Shown: positions 50,483 to 63,215 of the stretch, piece by piece
Layout of the letters: the number at the start of each line of letters is the position of its first letter
Position numbering within the stretch: position 1 is the stretch's first letter
Source of the DNA: Octopus sinensis
Taxonomy: Eukaryota
DNA: 64,000 bases
Direction: 5' to 3'
NCBI RefSeq assembly: GCF_006345805.1
Contig: NC_042997.1
Location: 204,042,001-204,106,000, forward strand
Position numbers and translations under genes: made by a program
The notes under the pieces: generated by a model
What the model was told of the DNA's origin: nothing
The model's input: the letters and a program-made list of their open reading frames with translations, nothing else
Database searches by the model: none

Positions 50483-51906
50483 TGGATGGGCGGACTGAGA
50501 AGGTGTCTTATGTCTGTCCTTGCTTCCCAACCACATGATTCTGGGTTCAGTCCCACTGCATGGCATCTTGGGCAAGTGCTATCTACTGTAGCCTCGTGAT
50601 GATCGAAGCCTTGTGAGTGGATTTAGCCTATGGAAACTGAAAGAAGCCTGTCGTGTGTGTGTATGTGGTCTGTGTTTGCCCCCCCGCCACCACTTGGCAA
50701 CCAGTTGATGTGTTTACGCCCCTGTAACTTAATGATTCAGCAAGAGGGACCGATAGAGTAAATACCAGGCTTTAAAAAGAATAAGTATTGGGTTGATACA
50801 TTTGACTAAAATTTCTTCCAGGTGGTGCCCCAGCATGGTCGCAGTCTAATAACTGAAACAAGTAAAAGGACAAGAGATATATATGCACTTAAAACAATTA
50901 GCAAGAACACAGTGCCGGTAGCCAGTAGCATGTAAAAAGCACCATCTGAATGTGGTCGATGCCAGTGCTGCTTTGACTGGCTTCCGTGCCAGTGGCATGT
51001 ATGAAGCACCATCCAATCGTGGTCTATGCCAGCTCCTCTGGCCCCTGTGCCGGTGGAACGTAAAAAGCACACACTATACTCTCGGAGTGGTTGGCATTAG
51101 GAAGGAGCATCCAGCTGAAGAAACACTGCCTGATCAGACTGGGGCTTGGTGCAGCCTCCTGGCTTCCCAGACCCCAGTCGAACCGTCCAACCCATACCAG
51201 CATGGAAAACGGACTTTAAATGATGATGATGACAGTATCTAGGCTACCAAGTCCTACTCATTTGCATGTGGTGTCTAAGCCACATGCGAGCTAGGCCTTT
51301 CATTTTGAAGTGTTCAAATTAAAATTAAAACCTATTTTATTTTTAGGTAAACCTTTTATATTAGGGTCTGAACACCAGCTTAATTATAACAAACCCCCTC
51401 CAAATATTTATTGTAAAAATTAACTGAGCTACTTAGCCAGTGTATTTCACAAGAACTGGAGTCGATCTAATCTACTGGCCCCGTCCCCAAAATATTTCAG
51501 GCCTTGTGCCTAGAGTAGAAAAGAATATTTGCCAAATAGGCAACAGCTGGTAGAATCATTAGAATGCTGGGCAAAAAGCTTAGCAGCATTTTGTCCAGCT
51601 TTACATTCTGAGTTCAAATTCTGCTGAAGTCGACTTCACTTTTCATTCTTCAGGGGTCACTAAAACAAGTACCAGTTGAACACTGGGGACAATGTAATTG
51701 GTTTATGCCCTCCCCACAAATATTGCTGGCCCTGTGCTAAAATTTGAAACCAATATTTGCCAAATGGATGATCTTTTTGGATATAGTTATTGAATTTTAA
51801 TTCCTAAAAAGATCCCAACCATGTCGTAGTTTAGACTGGTTTAATGCTGATTGAGTAGACTTCTAACCAAAGATGTTCCAGCTCTCTTCTTTATCATCAT
51901 CATCTT

Positions 51907-52119
51907 TCGACTCTTTAGCATTTAAGCCATCCATATCCGGCCAAAGTATTCTGCCTGTTTTATGCTCAAACTGGTCAGATCTCACCTCTCATACCATTCA
52001 TAGAAATTAAGTCACATCATCAAAATGTCAAGACCACAAGATAATACATAATTAATTCAAACGAATGTGAATAAATAAGCCTTACCTTTGACGGAATAAT
52101 GCGAATGCTAAAGGGTTAA
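51907..52119. mobile_element. same piggyBac-type MITE family, opposite orientation
   Basis: ctctttagcattta...aatgctaaagggTTAA. The interior resembles the reverse complement of 50255-50482. Confidence 0.7.
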
Positions 52120-53513
52120 TGTGCATCTTCTATGCTGGCATCATGGGTTAGAGAGTCGGATAGGATTCACTGAGCCAGCACAAGTGAGGTCATTGTGTGA
52201 CTTGCAAGACAAAGGAAAGACTTAAGAGGGATGTGGCTTTGTAGTTGGTGTTGATAGGCTAAAGTATGATTGAGGGGTCAGGCACAGTTATCTTGCTATA
52301 GAGGAGATTCATAGCTACCCTCCACTATATTATAAAAGGCTGGGTAGGAGTAGTTGGAAAGAAGGGAATGATGGTGGTGATAAGGTGTCAGAGGGTAGTC
52401 TCAAGATAGAAGTGGGTGAACATAGAAGAGAATATGGGCAAAGAATTGGGAAGAGTGGCTGGCTATGCTGATTAGAGTATGAGAAGAGAATGAAAGATGT
52501 TTAGAGATGGAGGCAGGGGTGAAGAATTTTAGGGGTATTTAAGACTGCAGTATGTAACGGCTCCTTTCTTTAAGATGACAGTGAGTGATTCAAGGGCTAT
52601 TCAACTGTTATCTATAGCAGGTTGAGATACTACATAGGGGTCCCTTCATGTAATTATTTTTCTCATCTGACAGTATTTGCAACAAATTTTTTTTTCTTTC
52701 TCTCTCCTATAGTAATTAAATTGATATTTTAATTAAAGCATCAGTTTACAGTGATGTGGAATAAAATTTAAACGTTTTATATTGAGTTGCTATGGACGTT
52801 AATGTCCTGCTTTTTAAACAGGCTGATGGACGAAGACAGCAATTAACTGTAAACTTAGCCAGACAAAACTGTTGTCAGGAAAATAAAGAGAAAAAAAAGA
52901 TCTTTAAAATGTTAACCACTCGATTTATTTAGATTGTTTAATGTTGTTTTACAAACTACAAATTCTCCCTCTTTAGAAATAATTTGAAATTATGGATGTA
53001 ATTTCTAAAAGAGGAGTTTTTTTTTTCTACAAGTTTGTCCAGATATTGGAAAGACAGATGTTTAAGTAAATGGTGATAGTGATGTTGGTGGTGATTCCGT
53101 TAGGAAACCATTCCAAATCAGAGTGGTAAGCCCCCTTAGCTTACCAGCTCTGCTCAAACTGTCCAATCCCTGCCAGCATGGACAATGGATGTTAAATGAT
53201 GAGGAGGATGATGATGTGTATGCTAGAGAAGGTAGTAAAGTGAGAAAGATATTTATGTCACTAAAGAAAGCAAACTCTCTGAAAAGAGGTGAACTGAACC
53301 GTTCCAAAGGTAGAACTTATTTTATTGATCTTTTGGCATTATGGTCAAATAATTGGTTCCAACTTGACAGCATTGCTCCTGTATAGCCACTGTCTGTAGT
53401 GCCTGACATCAGTAAATGTGTATACATCTAGAAGCTTCCACACATGTGCGAGTGTGCACGTGTGTGTAGGTTTTACTGACTCCTTGCTTTGGCACTACAA
53501 GGTAGTTGTAAAT

Positions 53514-54116
53514 GGTGGCGAGCTGGCAGAATTGTTAGCACATCGGGCGAAATGCTTACCGGTATTTCGTCTGCCGCTACGTTCTGAGTTCAAATTCAGC
53601 CGAGGTCAACTTTGCCTTTCATCCTTTTGGGGTTGATTAAAATAAGTACCAGTTATGCACTTGGGTCAATGTAATCAACTTAATCCGTTTGTCTGTCCTT
53701 GTTTGTCCCCTCTGTGTTTAGCCCCTTGTGGGTAGTAAAGAAGTAGGTATTTCGTCTGCCGCTACGTTCTGAGTTCAAATTTAGCTGAGGTCAACTTTAC
53801 CTTTCATCCTTTCGGGGTTGATTAAAATAAGTACCAGTTACGCACTCGGGTCAATGTAATCGACTTAATCCGTTTGTCTGTCCTTGTTCGTCCCCTCTGT
53901 GTTTAGCCCCTTGTGGACAGTAAAGAAATAGGTATTTCGTCTGCCACTACATTCTGAGTTCAAATTCCGCTGAGGTCAACTTTGCCTTTCATCCTTTCGG
54001 GGTTGATTAAAATAAGTACCAGTTACGCACTCGGGTCAATGTAATCGACTTAATCCGTTTGTCTGTCGTTGTTTGTCCCCTCTGTGTGTAACCCCTTGTG
54101 GACAGTAAAGAAATAG
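53514..54116 (+). mobile_element. tandem SINE family A array (head plus two further ~184-bp units)
   Basis: Junction taggtatttcgtctgcc at ~53747 and ~53931. Confidence 0.88.
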
Positions 54117-55399
54117 GTAGTTGTAAATGAGTGTTAATGTCATGCAAGCAGCATCCTTCAGTATCAGTCTTTCATGAAAATATGTCTGACCATGGGGAAA
54201 TGTTATTTTACTTGGAAGCAGGTGAGGGTTAGTAACAGGAAGAGCATCTGGCCGTAGAGAGTCTACCTCAACAAATTCCACCTGACCTATGCAGACATGG
54301 GAAGATGGGTGTTAAAATAATGATTCATCATTATCATTATCATCATCATCGTCACCACCATTTAATGCCTGCTTTCCAGGCTGGCATGAGGATAATTATG
54401 TTAGTGAATATATCAGGTGAATGTAGTCTCTGTTGGAGAGGGCAATCTGCCATTTGTTTTAAAGACTCTTATATTGGTGTTAATTTTGGTGGTATGGTAG
54501 GTAATATATTGGTATTAATTTAAGGTTGTAAGCTGGCAGAATCGTTAACACATTGGGCAAAATGCTTGCTGGCATGTCGCCTGTCTTTATGTTCTGAGTT
54601 CAAATTGCACCATGGTTGACCTGACCTTTCATCCTTTCAGGGTCAATAAACTAAGTACCAGTCGAATCTTGGGTTGACTTAATCGAGTTACCCCCTTCCC
54701 TGAAATTGCTGGCTTTGTGCCAGAATTTTAAATCCATATATTGGTGTTAATCAACTGGTATGGTATTTACCCAAAACTGATGATATTGTAGCAAGCAAGT
54801 TGTAAAAGGTGGTAATATGACGTAATGGTCATGTTGCCCGAACAAGTATGATTGTTAGTTTCCCATTGGTTAAAATTATTGCCCATATTTGAATTCTAAA
54901 CTTTCATCAAAGAGAAATCTTTCACAAAATACGGTTCTTAGAATTCAGGTATGAGCAGTTATAAAAACCCTGATTTTTGTGGAATTAATCAGAGTCCATT
55001 GGTTGTCACTTATCTCCATGACACTCACTCCTTTGAGATATTGGCTATTTTTATGCCACGTCTATTATTTAAATCCAACAAGACTTATTTGAATTGTTGT
55101 GTAAACTCTAGTAGTTTAGTATGAAAGAATTAGCTAGTATAAATTTTATATCGTAACTCTCTACGACAAATTGCTTTACTTTTAAATGTATTTAAATATC
55201 AAATGTACATAAATAAACTAATATAGTAAATATTTTCTCTTTCTTCACTTTTTTCAACCTGTTAATGAAATTTATTTCTGCAACTATGAAACTTTTTAAT
55301 AGCTGTGAAAAAGAACACAAACTTATTTATCTTCAACATACATGCATGTTCAACATGTCCGTTTAAGCATCTCCTACTCAAGAAATATATTTATTATCT

Positions 55400-55789
55400 A
55401 CTATCAGTATCGCCCGGCGTTGCTCGGGTTTGTTTCGCCCCTTTAGAATTGGAATTTTTGAAAAGTAAAAATTTTGCATTATGTAGCTTGTTATTCTCTT
55501 CAAGTGAACATTTTTCTGGTTGAAATACACCGAAAAATTGCGACACAGCAGTCAAAAAACTGTAAAAAAATAGGGATTTTCATAGAAAAAAGCACCTTTT
55601 TGATGTAAATAATTTTTGGTGTTAACATGGTGCGATTTTAATTTTTTCTTCTACGGAAGGAAGAGCAAGCCTTCTTCTATCATACTCATAATTTTGGTCA
55701 ACTTGCGCTACAGGGTCTCAGAGGAGATAGTGTTAGTTGAAGGCTACCGAACCTGCCATACACAGACAACCTCAGATATAGATTATAGA
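55400..55789 (-). mobile_element. non-autonomous Helitron-like element
   Basis: The minus strand starts A|TCTATA and ends with a CCCGagcaacgcCGGG hairpin plus CGATACTGATAG (CTAG mutated). It shares its terminus with 2202. Confidence 0.6.
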
Positions 55790-56281
55790 TTTCAAGTCAA
55801 AACCATATAAATAAGATAAAACACCATTATAAAAGTGGTACCCAATCACCATTATAATATTAACCAGAGGTGAACCGAGAAAGGAATAAGGCAAGCTGAA
55901 GTTGGCGTAAAGTGACACGGTTTGGAGTATACTCAGGTATACCCAACTCTATTATCAATATATTATTACTACAGCTGCTTGTTATTACTACTACATCTAT
56001 TCCCAAAGGAAGTATTGATTCTGTATTTCTTACAGACCATCCATGATTCAGAAGAATTTCTCCCATCTTAATAATCTTTTACTTTGAATGAAGTTGTGTT
56101 TTGTAATGGAGAATAAATCTTAATTGATTTTTTTTTTTTGTATTTGGTTTTCAAGATTCTTCACCTGTTGACATAGAATTTGTTGTACCTTGAGCGGTCA
56201 TACCACCAGTAAACACACACACACACACACACACACACATTTGTTTCACTTTTTCTAATTAGTTGATTAATAATAATAATA

Positions 56282-56719
56282 ATCCTTTCTACTGGAAGCA
56301 CAAAGCCTCAAATTTTGGGGAAGGAATTAAGTCGATTACGTTGACCCCAGTGCACAACTGGTACTTAGTTAATTGACCCAGAAAGGATAAAAAGCAAAGT
56401 CAACCGTGGCGGAATTTGAACTCAGAACATAGTGATGGGTGAAGTACCGCTAAGCATTTTGTCCAACATACTAATGATTCTGCCAGCTCACCGCCTTATT
56501 ATTATCATTATTATTATTATTATTATTAATGATAATAATAGTTTCAAATTTCGGTACATGGTCAGTAGTTTCGTGGGAGGGAGTAAGTCAATTTCATTGA
56601 CACCAGTACTTGACTGGTGTCAATACTTAATTTATTAGGCAAACTAGACCTTGGTGGTATTTGAACTCAGAACATAAGCATTTTGCCCAGCATACTAGTG
56701 ATCTTGTCAGCTCATTGTC

Positions 56720-56756
<37 letters not shown>

Positions 56757-57290
56757 TAATAATGGTTTTAAATTTTTCCACAAGGGCAGCAATTTGGGGG
56801 GAGGGGAAGAGCAAATTACATTGACCCCAGTGTTCAACTGGTACTTATTTTATTGATCCCCAAAAGGATGAAAGGTAAAGTTGACTTCAGCAGAATTTGA
56901 ACTCAGAACATGGGCAAAATACTGCTAAGCGTTTCGTTCAGCATGCTAACAATTCTGCCAGTTCACCACCTTATTATTATAATAACCCTTTCTACTGTAG
57001 GCACAAGGCATGAAATTTGGGGTAGGAGACTAGTCGATTATATTGACTCCCAGTGTTTCATTGGTACTTAATTTATTGACCCCGAGAGGATGAAAGGTAA
57101 AGTCGACCTTGGTGAAAGACCCATAATTTAAGGGGAGGGGTAAAGTCAAATACTTCGATCTCAGTAACTGACTGGTATTTTATTTTATCAACCTCAACCT
57201 TGGTGGCGTTTGAACTCAGAATGTAAAACTGGAAGGAATGTGGCTAAGCCTTTTGTCCAACATGCTAATGTTTCTGCCAGACCACCACTG
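56282..57290 (-). mobile_element. cluster of about five diverged family A SINEs separated by (TAA)n/(TTA)n
   Basis: Repeated caactggtactta..ttattgaccc..aaaggatgaaagg.aaagt.gac blocks. Confidence 0.8.
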
Positions 57291-58775
57291 GCTGTCAAGT
57301 GGTGGTGCGGAACAAACACAACATCAATATATGTGGGTTTACACATACTTCGCTCTCAAGGCAATGGTAAACATGGGGCTATGATAGAAGACACTTGCCC
57401 AAGGTGCTGCCCACTGGGACTGAACCTGAAACCATATGTTTGCAAACTGAGCCGCTCACTCACTCACCCACCCACCTCTGTCAATAATTGCACACATACT
57501 GAAACAAACAAGTACACACACACATGCATGCAAACACACACACTCACACAGAGGCTGGACTTGTGCTGTTTCTGTCTATCGTTTTGCTCACAAGGTAGAG
57601 CAGAAGACACTTGCCCAAGGTATTGGTCAGTGGGAATGACCCTGAAGCCATGTGGTGAGGAAACGAAACCGAAATAAAGTAAAAAAAAAAAAGTCACCAA
57701 AATAATGAGGATAAAAACATAAAACAAGGCAGCTATAAAAGAGGAACCCATACAAAAGAACAAGGAAGGAAATTTAGTAAGATGAAAGGGTAACACTGTT
57801 AGCAGGGTGGGGTGGGAGGGAGGAAGATGAGAAGAAATGACAGGATAAGATAGAATAAAGTGGAGAAATGAAATAAAGTCTGTCATTGAATTTATAATGG
57901 AAGGAAGGTTTTTATGATACTTTTGTGGAATCTTCTAATTATTCTGTTGATTCAAGGAGCTGGAAATACGAAGAATGAAGTTTTCAGGCGGAGTAAATTC
58001 CATAACCGTTTATTCTTAGGTGCTTCGTACAAGGGGTTTGCTTTCAATAACCATCTTCACAGCATTGTGTAGTTAGCCTTCTCTCCCATTCATGTGAGGT
58101 TCAATAACCTCTGGAGACAATGCATGTTATATCAAAGCAGGACAAAAGTCCGGTGTGAGTTCCTGGCTTCAAAGTCTTACTCGGCGTCAGCATGAGAAGA
58201 ATGAGAAGGAAAATATTGTTGTCTTTTCCTTAAATAATGGTTGCAGGCGAGATCTTGTTTTTGTCTTGAGTATGCTAATGGATGCAGATGAGATCTCGCT
58301 GTTTCAAAATGGCGTTGGCTTCTTTGTGCCTCACTACAAGTTCATTGTTACATCAGCCCCATTATTGTCAACAGCTGCGGTAAGCTACTAGGATTTGAAC
58401 CTACATATCTCTGTTTAATGTGTCACTTTAAATAGCTTCGACTGAAGAATATTGATACATATGTAACTGTTTTTACCTGTTGTCAGAAGCAGCTGTGCTG
58501 GTGCCATGTAAAAAGCACCCAGTTCACTCTGCAAAGTGGTTGGCATTAGGAAGGGCATCCAGCTGTAGAAACTATGCCAAAGCAGTCAGTTAGCGTCTGG
58601 TGCAACTCTCTGATCTTGCCAACTACTGGCCTTGCCAGCTCCTGCCAAACTGTCCAACCCATACCAGCTTGGAAAACAGGCATTAAATGATGATGAATGT
58701 GAAACAAATTGCTATAAAAGTATGTTTTTTTTTTTATATGGCGCTGAGTTTACAATCCTGTAAATAATAATAATA

Positions 58776-58953
58776 GTATTTTTATATAAGCTTAAAGCTT
58801 ATGGCAATCACCATGCAATGATTAAGGAAAATAGTCTAATAAAGGGACATAGCCTTCTTTTTTCTGTCGAGGGCTTATATGCCCCTTTATTAGACTATTC
58901 TCCTTAGTAATTTTACAGTGATTGCCATAAGCTTTAAGCTTATATAAAAATAC
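58776..58953. repeat. 178-bp fold-back (MITE-like) inverted repeat
   Basis: Perfect 36-bp outer arms (58776-58811 / 58918-58953) and an inner 28-bp arm with 2 mismatches. Confidence 0.88.
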
Positions 58954-60069
58954 AATAAAAGTAGTAAGGGTAAAAGGAGGTTAAGTTTTCTGTAAGAAGA
59001 CAGTGGATATAAAAATCTATTTTTTTAAAGATCATCAATATTAATACATTATCTTCGAGGAAGGAAAATCTTAAAGGTGAAAAACAAAAAAAAAAAACTT
59101 GAAAAATTTACTTCCCCTTATGGGAATTAGTAATATGGTGGGGAATTAGTAATATGATATGGTTGAATATTATCATTTACATATGTTTACCTGTCACTCA
59201 TTATATTTTGAATAATTTTTACAGGTTTTCTTGTCTATAATAGTTGGCCAATTGTGCTGCAGAGTTAAGTGTATTAAAAAACTCCCACCTGTCTCTTGCT
59301 GAATTTAAAACGTGGGAGGACCAAGAGGATGTCTATATCTGCCCACATACATTTGTTTTTCATGCTTGCATGGGTTGGATGGTTTGAGAGGACCTGGCAA
59401 GGTCAGGAGCCACCTCAGGTTCCAGAGTCTGTTTTGTCATGGTTTCTATGGCTGGATGCCCTTTGTAATGCCAACACTTTAAGAATGTACTGGGTGCTTT
59501 TTACTTGGCACCAGTGGTTTTTATGTGACACCAGTGTTTTTCATGTGACACCAGTGTTTTTTTTATTTGGTACCAGTGCTTTTTAAGTGGTACCAGTGCT
59601 TTTTACGTGGTGCCAGTACTTTTTATGCGGTACTAATGCATTTTACATGGCACCAGTACTTTTTATGTAACACCGGCACCAATGCTTTTTACATGGCACC
59701 CGTGCTTTTTATGTGAAAGTAAGATATATGCTACCAGGTCATGCTCACCTGCAAGCAATAGCAGATATTACTAATAATAATTGCTTAATCATTGTCAGCA
59801 TTTAACGCCTGTCTTCCATGCAATCATGAGTCAACTAGTTCGAGACAATCTGACAAGCTTGACGACTGTGTTGGGCTCCAGCGTCTGCCTTGACATGGCT
59901 TCTACAGCTGGACACTATTCCTCTTGCCAGCCACTTTAGTGAGTCATTTTTAAGTTTATCTCTACAGATTCTCTATCTTTTCATATACGAATGTTTATGT
60001 GAACAATGCAATTGAGAATAAAAAAAAAGTAGGTAATGGGTGTGTGTGCATGTTTCAGGAGTTATAATC

Positions 60070-60617
60070 AAAATCAAATTCAATGACTGGCGTCCATGCT
60101 GGTAGGGTGCAAAAAGCACCATACGAGCGTGATCATTGACAGAGCAGCTAACCGGCTTCCATGCCAGTGGCACATAAAAGGCACCATTTGAGCATGATCG
60201 TTACCAGCGTCACCTTACTGGCACTTGTGCCCGTGCTAGTAGGGTTCCAAGAGCACCATCTGAGCGTGATCGTTGCCAGAGCAGCCAACTGGCTTCCATG
60301 CCGGTGGCACGTAAAAGGTCACCATTCGAGCATGATCATTACCAATGTCGCCTTACTGGCACCTGTGCTGGTGGCATGTGTAAAAAGATTCGAGCGAGGT
60401 CGTTGCCAGTACCACCTAACTGGACCCCGTGCCGGTGGCATGTAAAAGCACCCACTAAACTCTCGGAGTGGTTGGTGTTAGGAAGGGCATACAGCTGTAG
60501 AAACTCTGCCAAATCAAGATTGGAGCCTGGTGCAGCCATCTGGTTCGCCAGCCCTCAGTCAAAATCGTCCAACCCATGCTAGCATGGAAAGCGGACGTTA
60601 AACGATGATGATGATGA
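60070..60617 (+). mobile_element. RTE 3'-UTR/tail repeat with hairpin sub-repeats
   Basis: Reverse complement of the 6181-6580 and 37760-38245 subfamily. Ends in ggacgttaaacgatgatgat. Confidence 0.85.
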
Positions 60618-62689
60618 TTTCTCGTTAACGAATGTCTAAGGTGTTGTTTTTGTGTAACACTGGCACTAGTGAGGTCCCTAAGTAACTTAAGTGAGTGAGG
60701 GTGCAGTATTGAGAGAGATAGGGGTGCTTTTATGCCTGTCAATAATGCAAGGCTAAAGTTTGGTAAAGGGACAGGAACAAGTGTGTTGCTGGAGAGGAGA
60801 TACATGGCTACCCCTACATAATATAAGTGTTGGTGAGAGTAGCTGGAAAGAAAATTTAAAGATAATGGTGACATTAATGTAAGAAATTTCCCCAGTGACT
60901 AAATATATCTCTTATGATATAAACCAATAAAATATAATTTTTACAATCCTGACACAAGAGTCTCGTGATAAGCTGTCAACAGCAATCATGTTGCCCCCAC
61001 CTTGTTGTTGTCAGGTCACAATGACATTGCACTTGTTACTTGAATAGCTCCTGATTAGGGTTTTTAAATTTGGTTAAACTTACTTGACTTGCTTTTGTAG
61101 AAACTAACGTTTCTTTCCTCCGAGCTTAGATTCAAAACCCGAATCTGAACCATCACCATCAATAGGCGCGAAAGGAATTTTCTTTGTCCTGTTAAAAAAA
61201 AAAATGATAAATCATCTCCCTATGACCTCAGCCATGTCAGGCGAAGTTCAAATGGACAGGAGCTGACCTATTTAAACACGATCTCTCCTGCTGTATGTCT
61301 GTCCTTCTAGCTGCCGCGGCTGTTATAAGTACCGTGGTCAGCAAAGGAATGGACAGAAAGACAGAGAGCGCGAGAAAGGTTCGGGATGCAGAGAGGATAG
61401 AGAGAATCAGAAAGGCTCCAGACGAAGGGACAACACATGAGATAGTCTACTCCCTTCTCAGATGAACAACACAAACACAGACACAGTTCTAACACATCAC
61501 CTACACAGATGCACCCTGTTTTTATTCCTCTCAACTCGTAGCAGTTGACGACAAATACATGTAGTGAAGAATTGTGTATACCAACAGCAAATGCAAGTCC
61601 AGTAAACAAATTATTTAAACTATAAATCAATGTCATTCAATTATTTACTTGGAAGGCATCCACATGCCCATCACATTTGTTTACCTCAACACCTTCTGAT
61701 ACACCTTTAACCACTACATATTTACTGATCATCGTTTTAGTGAAAGCAGACATTGGTGAGCTCCTTTCAAGGTTACTGGTGGTTCTAGTCAGTTCCACCA
61801 AAGTAGAAAGTGTGGAAAGGATTTAGGATGAGGAATCTGCTCTGACAAATCCATTTTTGTGTGTTTGTATTTTTTTTATGAGTTTGTGTTATTGATATAT
61901 TGAGTTATAAGTTCTCTGGTGTGTGTGTGTGTGTGTGTGTGTTAGATATCTGCTTTATGGGTGAAAAAGTTGTGACTTTGGGAATGTATGAAATTATTGT
62001 TAAAAACCCAACAAAACACCTCTTTTGACTTAACCCTCGAAGCTCCATCGGCTGCTATTCCAGCCACCAGCCACAGATGCAAATACCCCAGTGGCTGCTT
62101 TACAGGCCAGTATTTTCTGCATTGGAAAACCAGACAGTAACTGCTGGTTTGACTGGCACCACAAGCGCTAGTTTGGTGATAAAACAAAAAAGCCAGTGGT
62201 AAGGAGAGTGTTGCCCTCTATTTGGCATTTTATTTGAATATGAGAGAGAGAAAACACATTTTAGTGACACTGAAACAATATTAGGTGGGAAGTCATGTTT
62301 TTGGCTCTTTTACCCCAGGAACATGAGGTAAGGGTACCGAGGACAACAGGTGTCTGGGGTTCAAAGGGTTAAGCACACAGCCATGTTGTAAGCATGTGTG
62401 TGGTTATGGGGTTAAGAAGATTGCTTTGCAGTTAAATGATTTTAGGTGTCTTCTACTATTCTTTTCTACTCTAGGCCTGAAATTTTTGGAGAGGGGGCCA
62501 GTCAGTTAGATTGATCCCAGTAAGCAACTGGTACTTAATTTGTCAACCCCAAAAGGATGAAAGGTAAAGTTGACCTTGCTAGAATTTGAACTCAGAATGT
62601 AAAGACAGATGAAATACTGCTAAGCATTTCACTTGGCATGAATTTGGTTGACAGAAACTGTATGGAACCCCATCATATATATATATATC

Positions 62690-62885
62690 ACCGTGAATGG
62701 CGGGACAGGAGGAGGACAGCTGCAGCAGCACCTCACGCATACCCATCGATGTTCGTGTGCAGCAACTGTACCAAGGACTGCCACTCTAGAGTTGGACTGT
62801 TCAGTCACAGCAGACGCTGCACATCATCAGAGTAGGCCCCACCCTTGGCACAACCCATTGTCTGTCAAGACAGATGGGGAATAAG
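62690..62885 (+). mobile_element. 3' end of an RTE-BovB-type LINE
   Basis: FVCSNCTKDCHSRVGLFSHSRRC matches the C-x2-C-x3-C-x-SR-x-GL-x-SH C-terminal motif typical of RTE/BovB ORFs. Confidence 0.7.
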
Positions 62886-62894
62886 AAAAAAAAG

Positions 62895-63202
62895 ATATCA
62901 CCGTGATCACTGTGACTGACCAGGCTATCAGATGTTGCTACATATCGCTGGTCAAAATGCGCTTCACATTGTTTTAGCCTTCAAATAACGCCACCCCGCT
63001 GGTTAAGCGAGCAGGTCAACAGAAGAAAGAGTGAGATATAGTTGTGGCAAAAGAGTACCGCAGGGATCACCACCAGCTCCTGCCAGAGCCTTGTGGAGCT
63101 TTAGGTGTTTTCGCTCAATAAACACAACGCCCGGCCTGGTAATCGAAACGGTGATCCTACAACTGCGAGTCCGCTGCCCTAACAACTGGGCCATTGCGCC
63201 TC
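62895..63202 (-). mobile_element. SINE family C (minus strand)
   Basis: Reverse complement of the 3780-type head (gaggcgcaatggcccagttgttagggcagcggactcgc). Confidence 0.75.
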
Positions 63203-63215
63203 TACATATATATAT

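Noticed and set aside
58240-58320. hAT dimerisation-like peptide (SISILKTKTRSRL) on the minus strand
   Set aside because: It is too short, surrounded by stops, has no TIRs, and is equally explained as the antisense of the plus-strand candidate exon.
61307-61636. 109-aa minus-strand ORF
   Set aside because: No recognisable domain or supporting splice structure.
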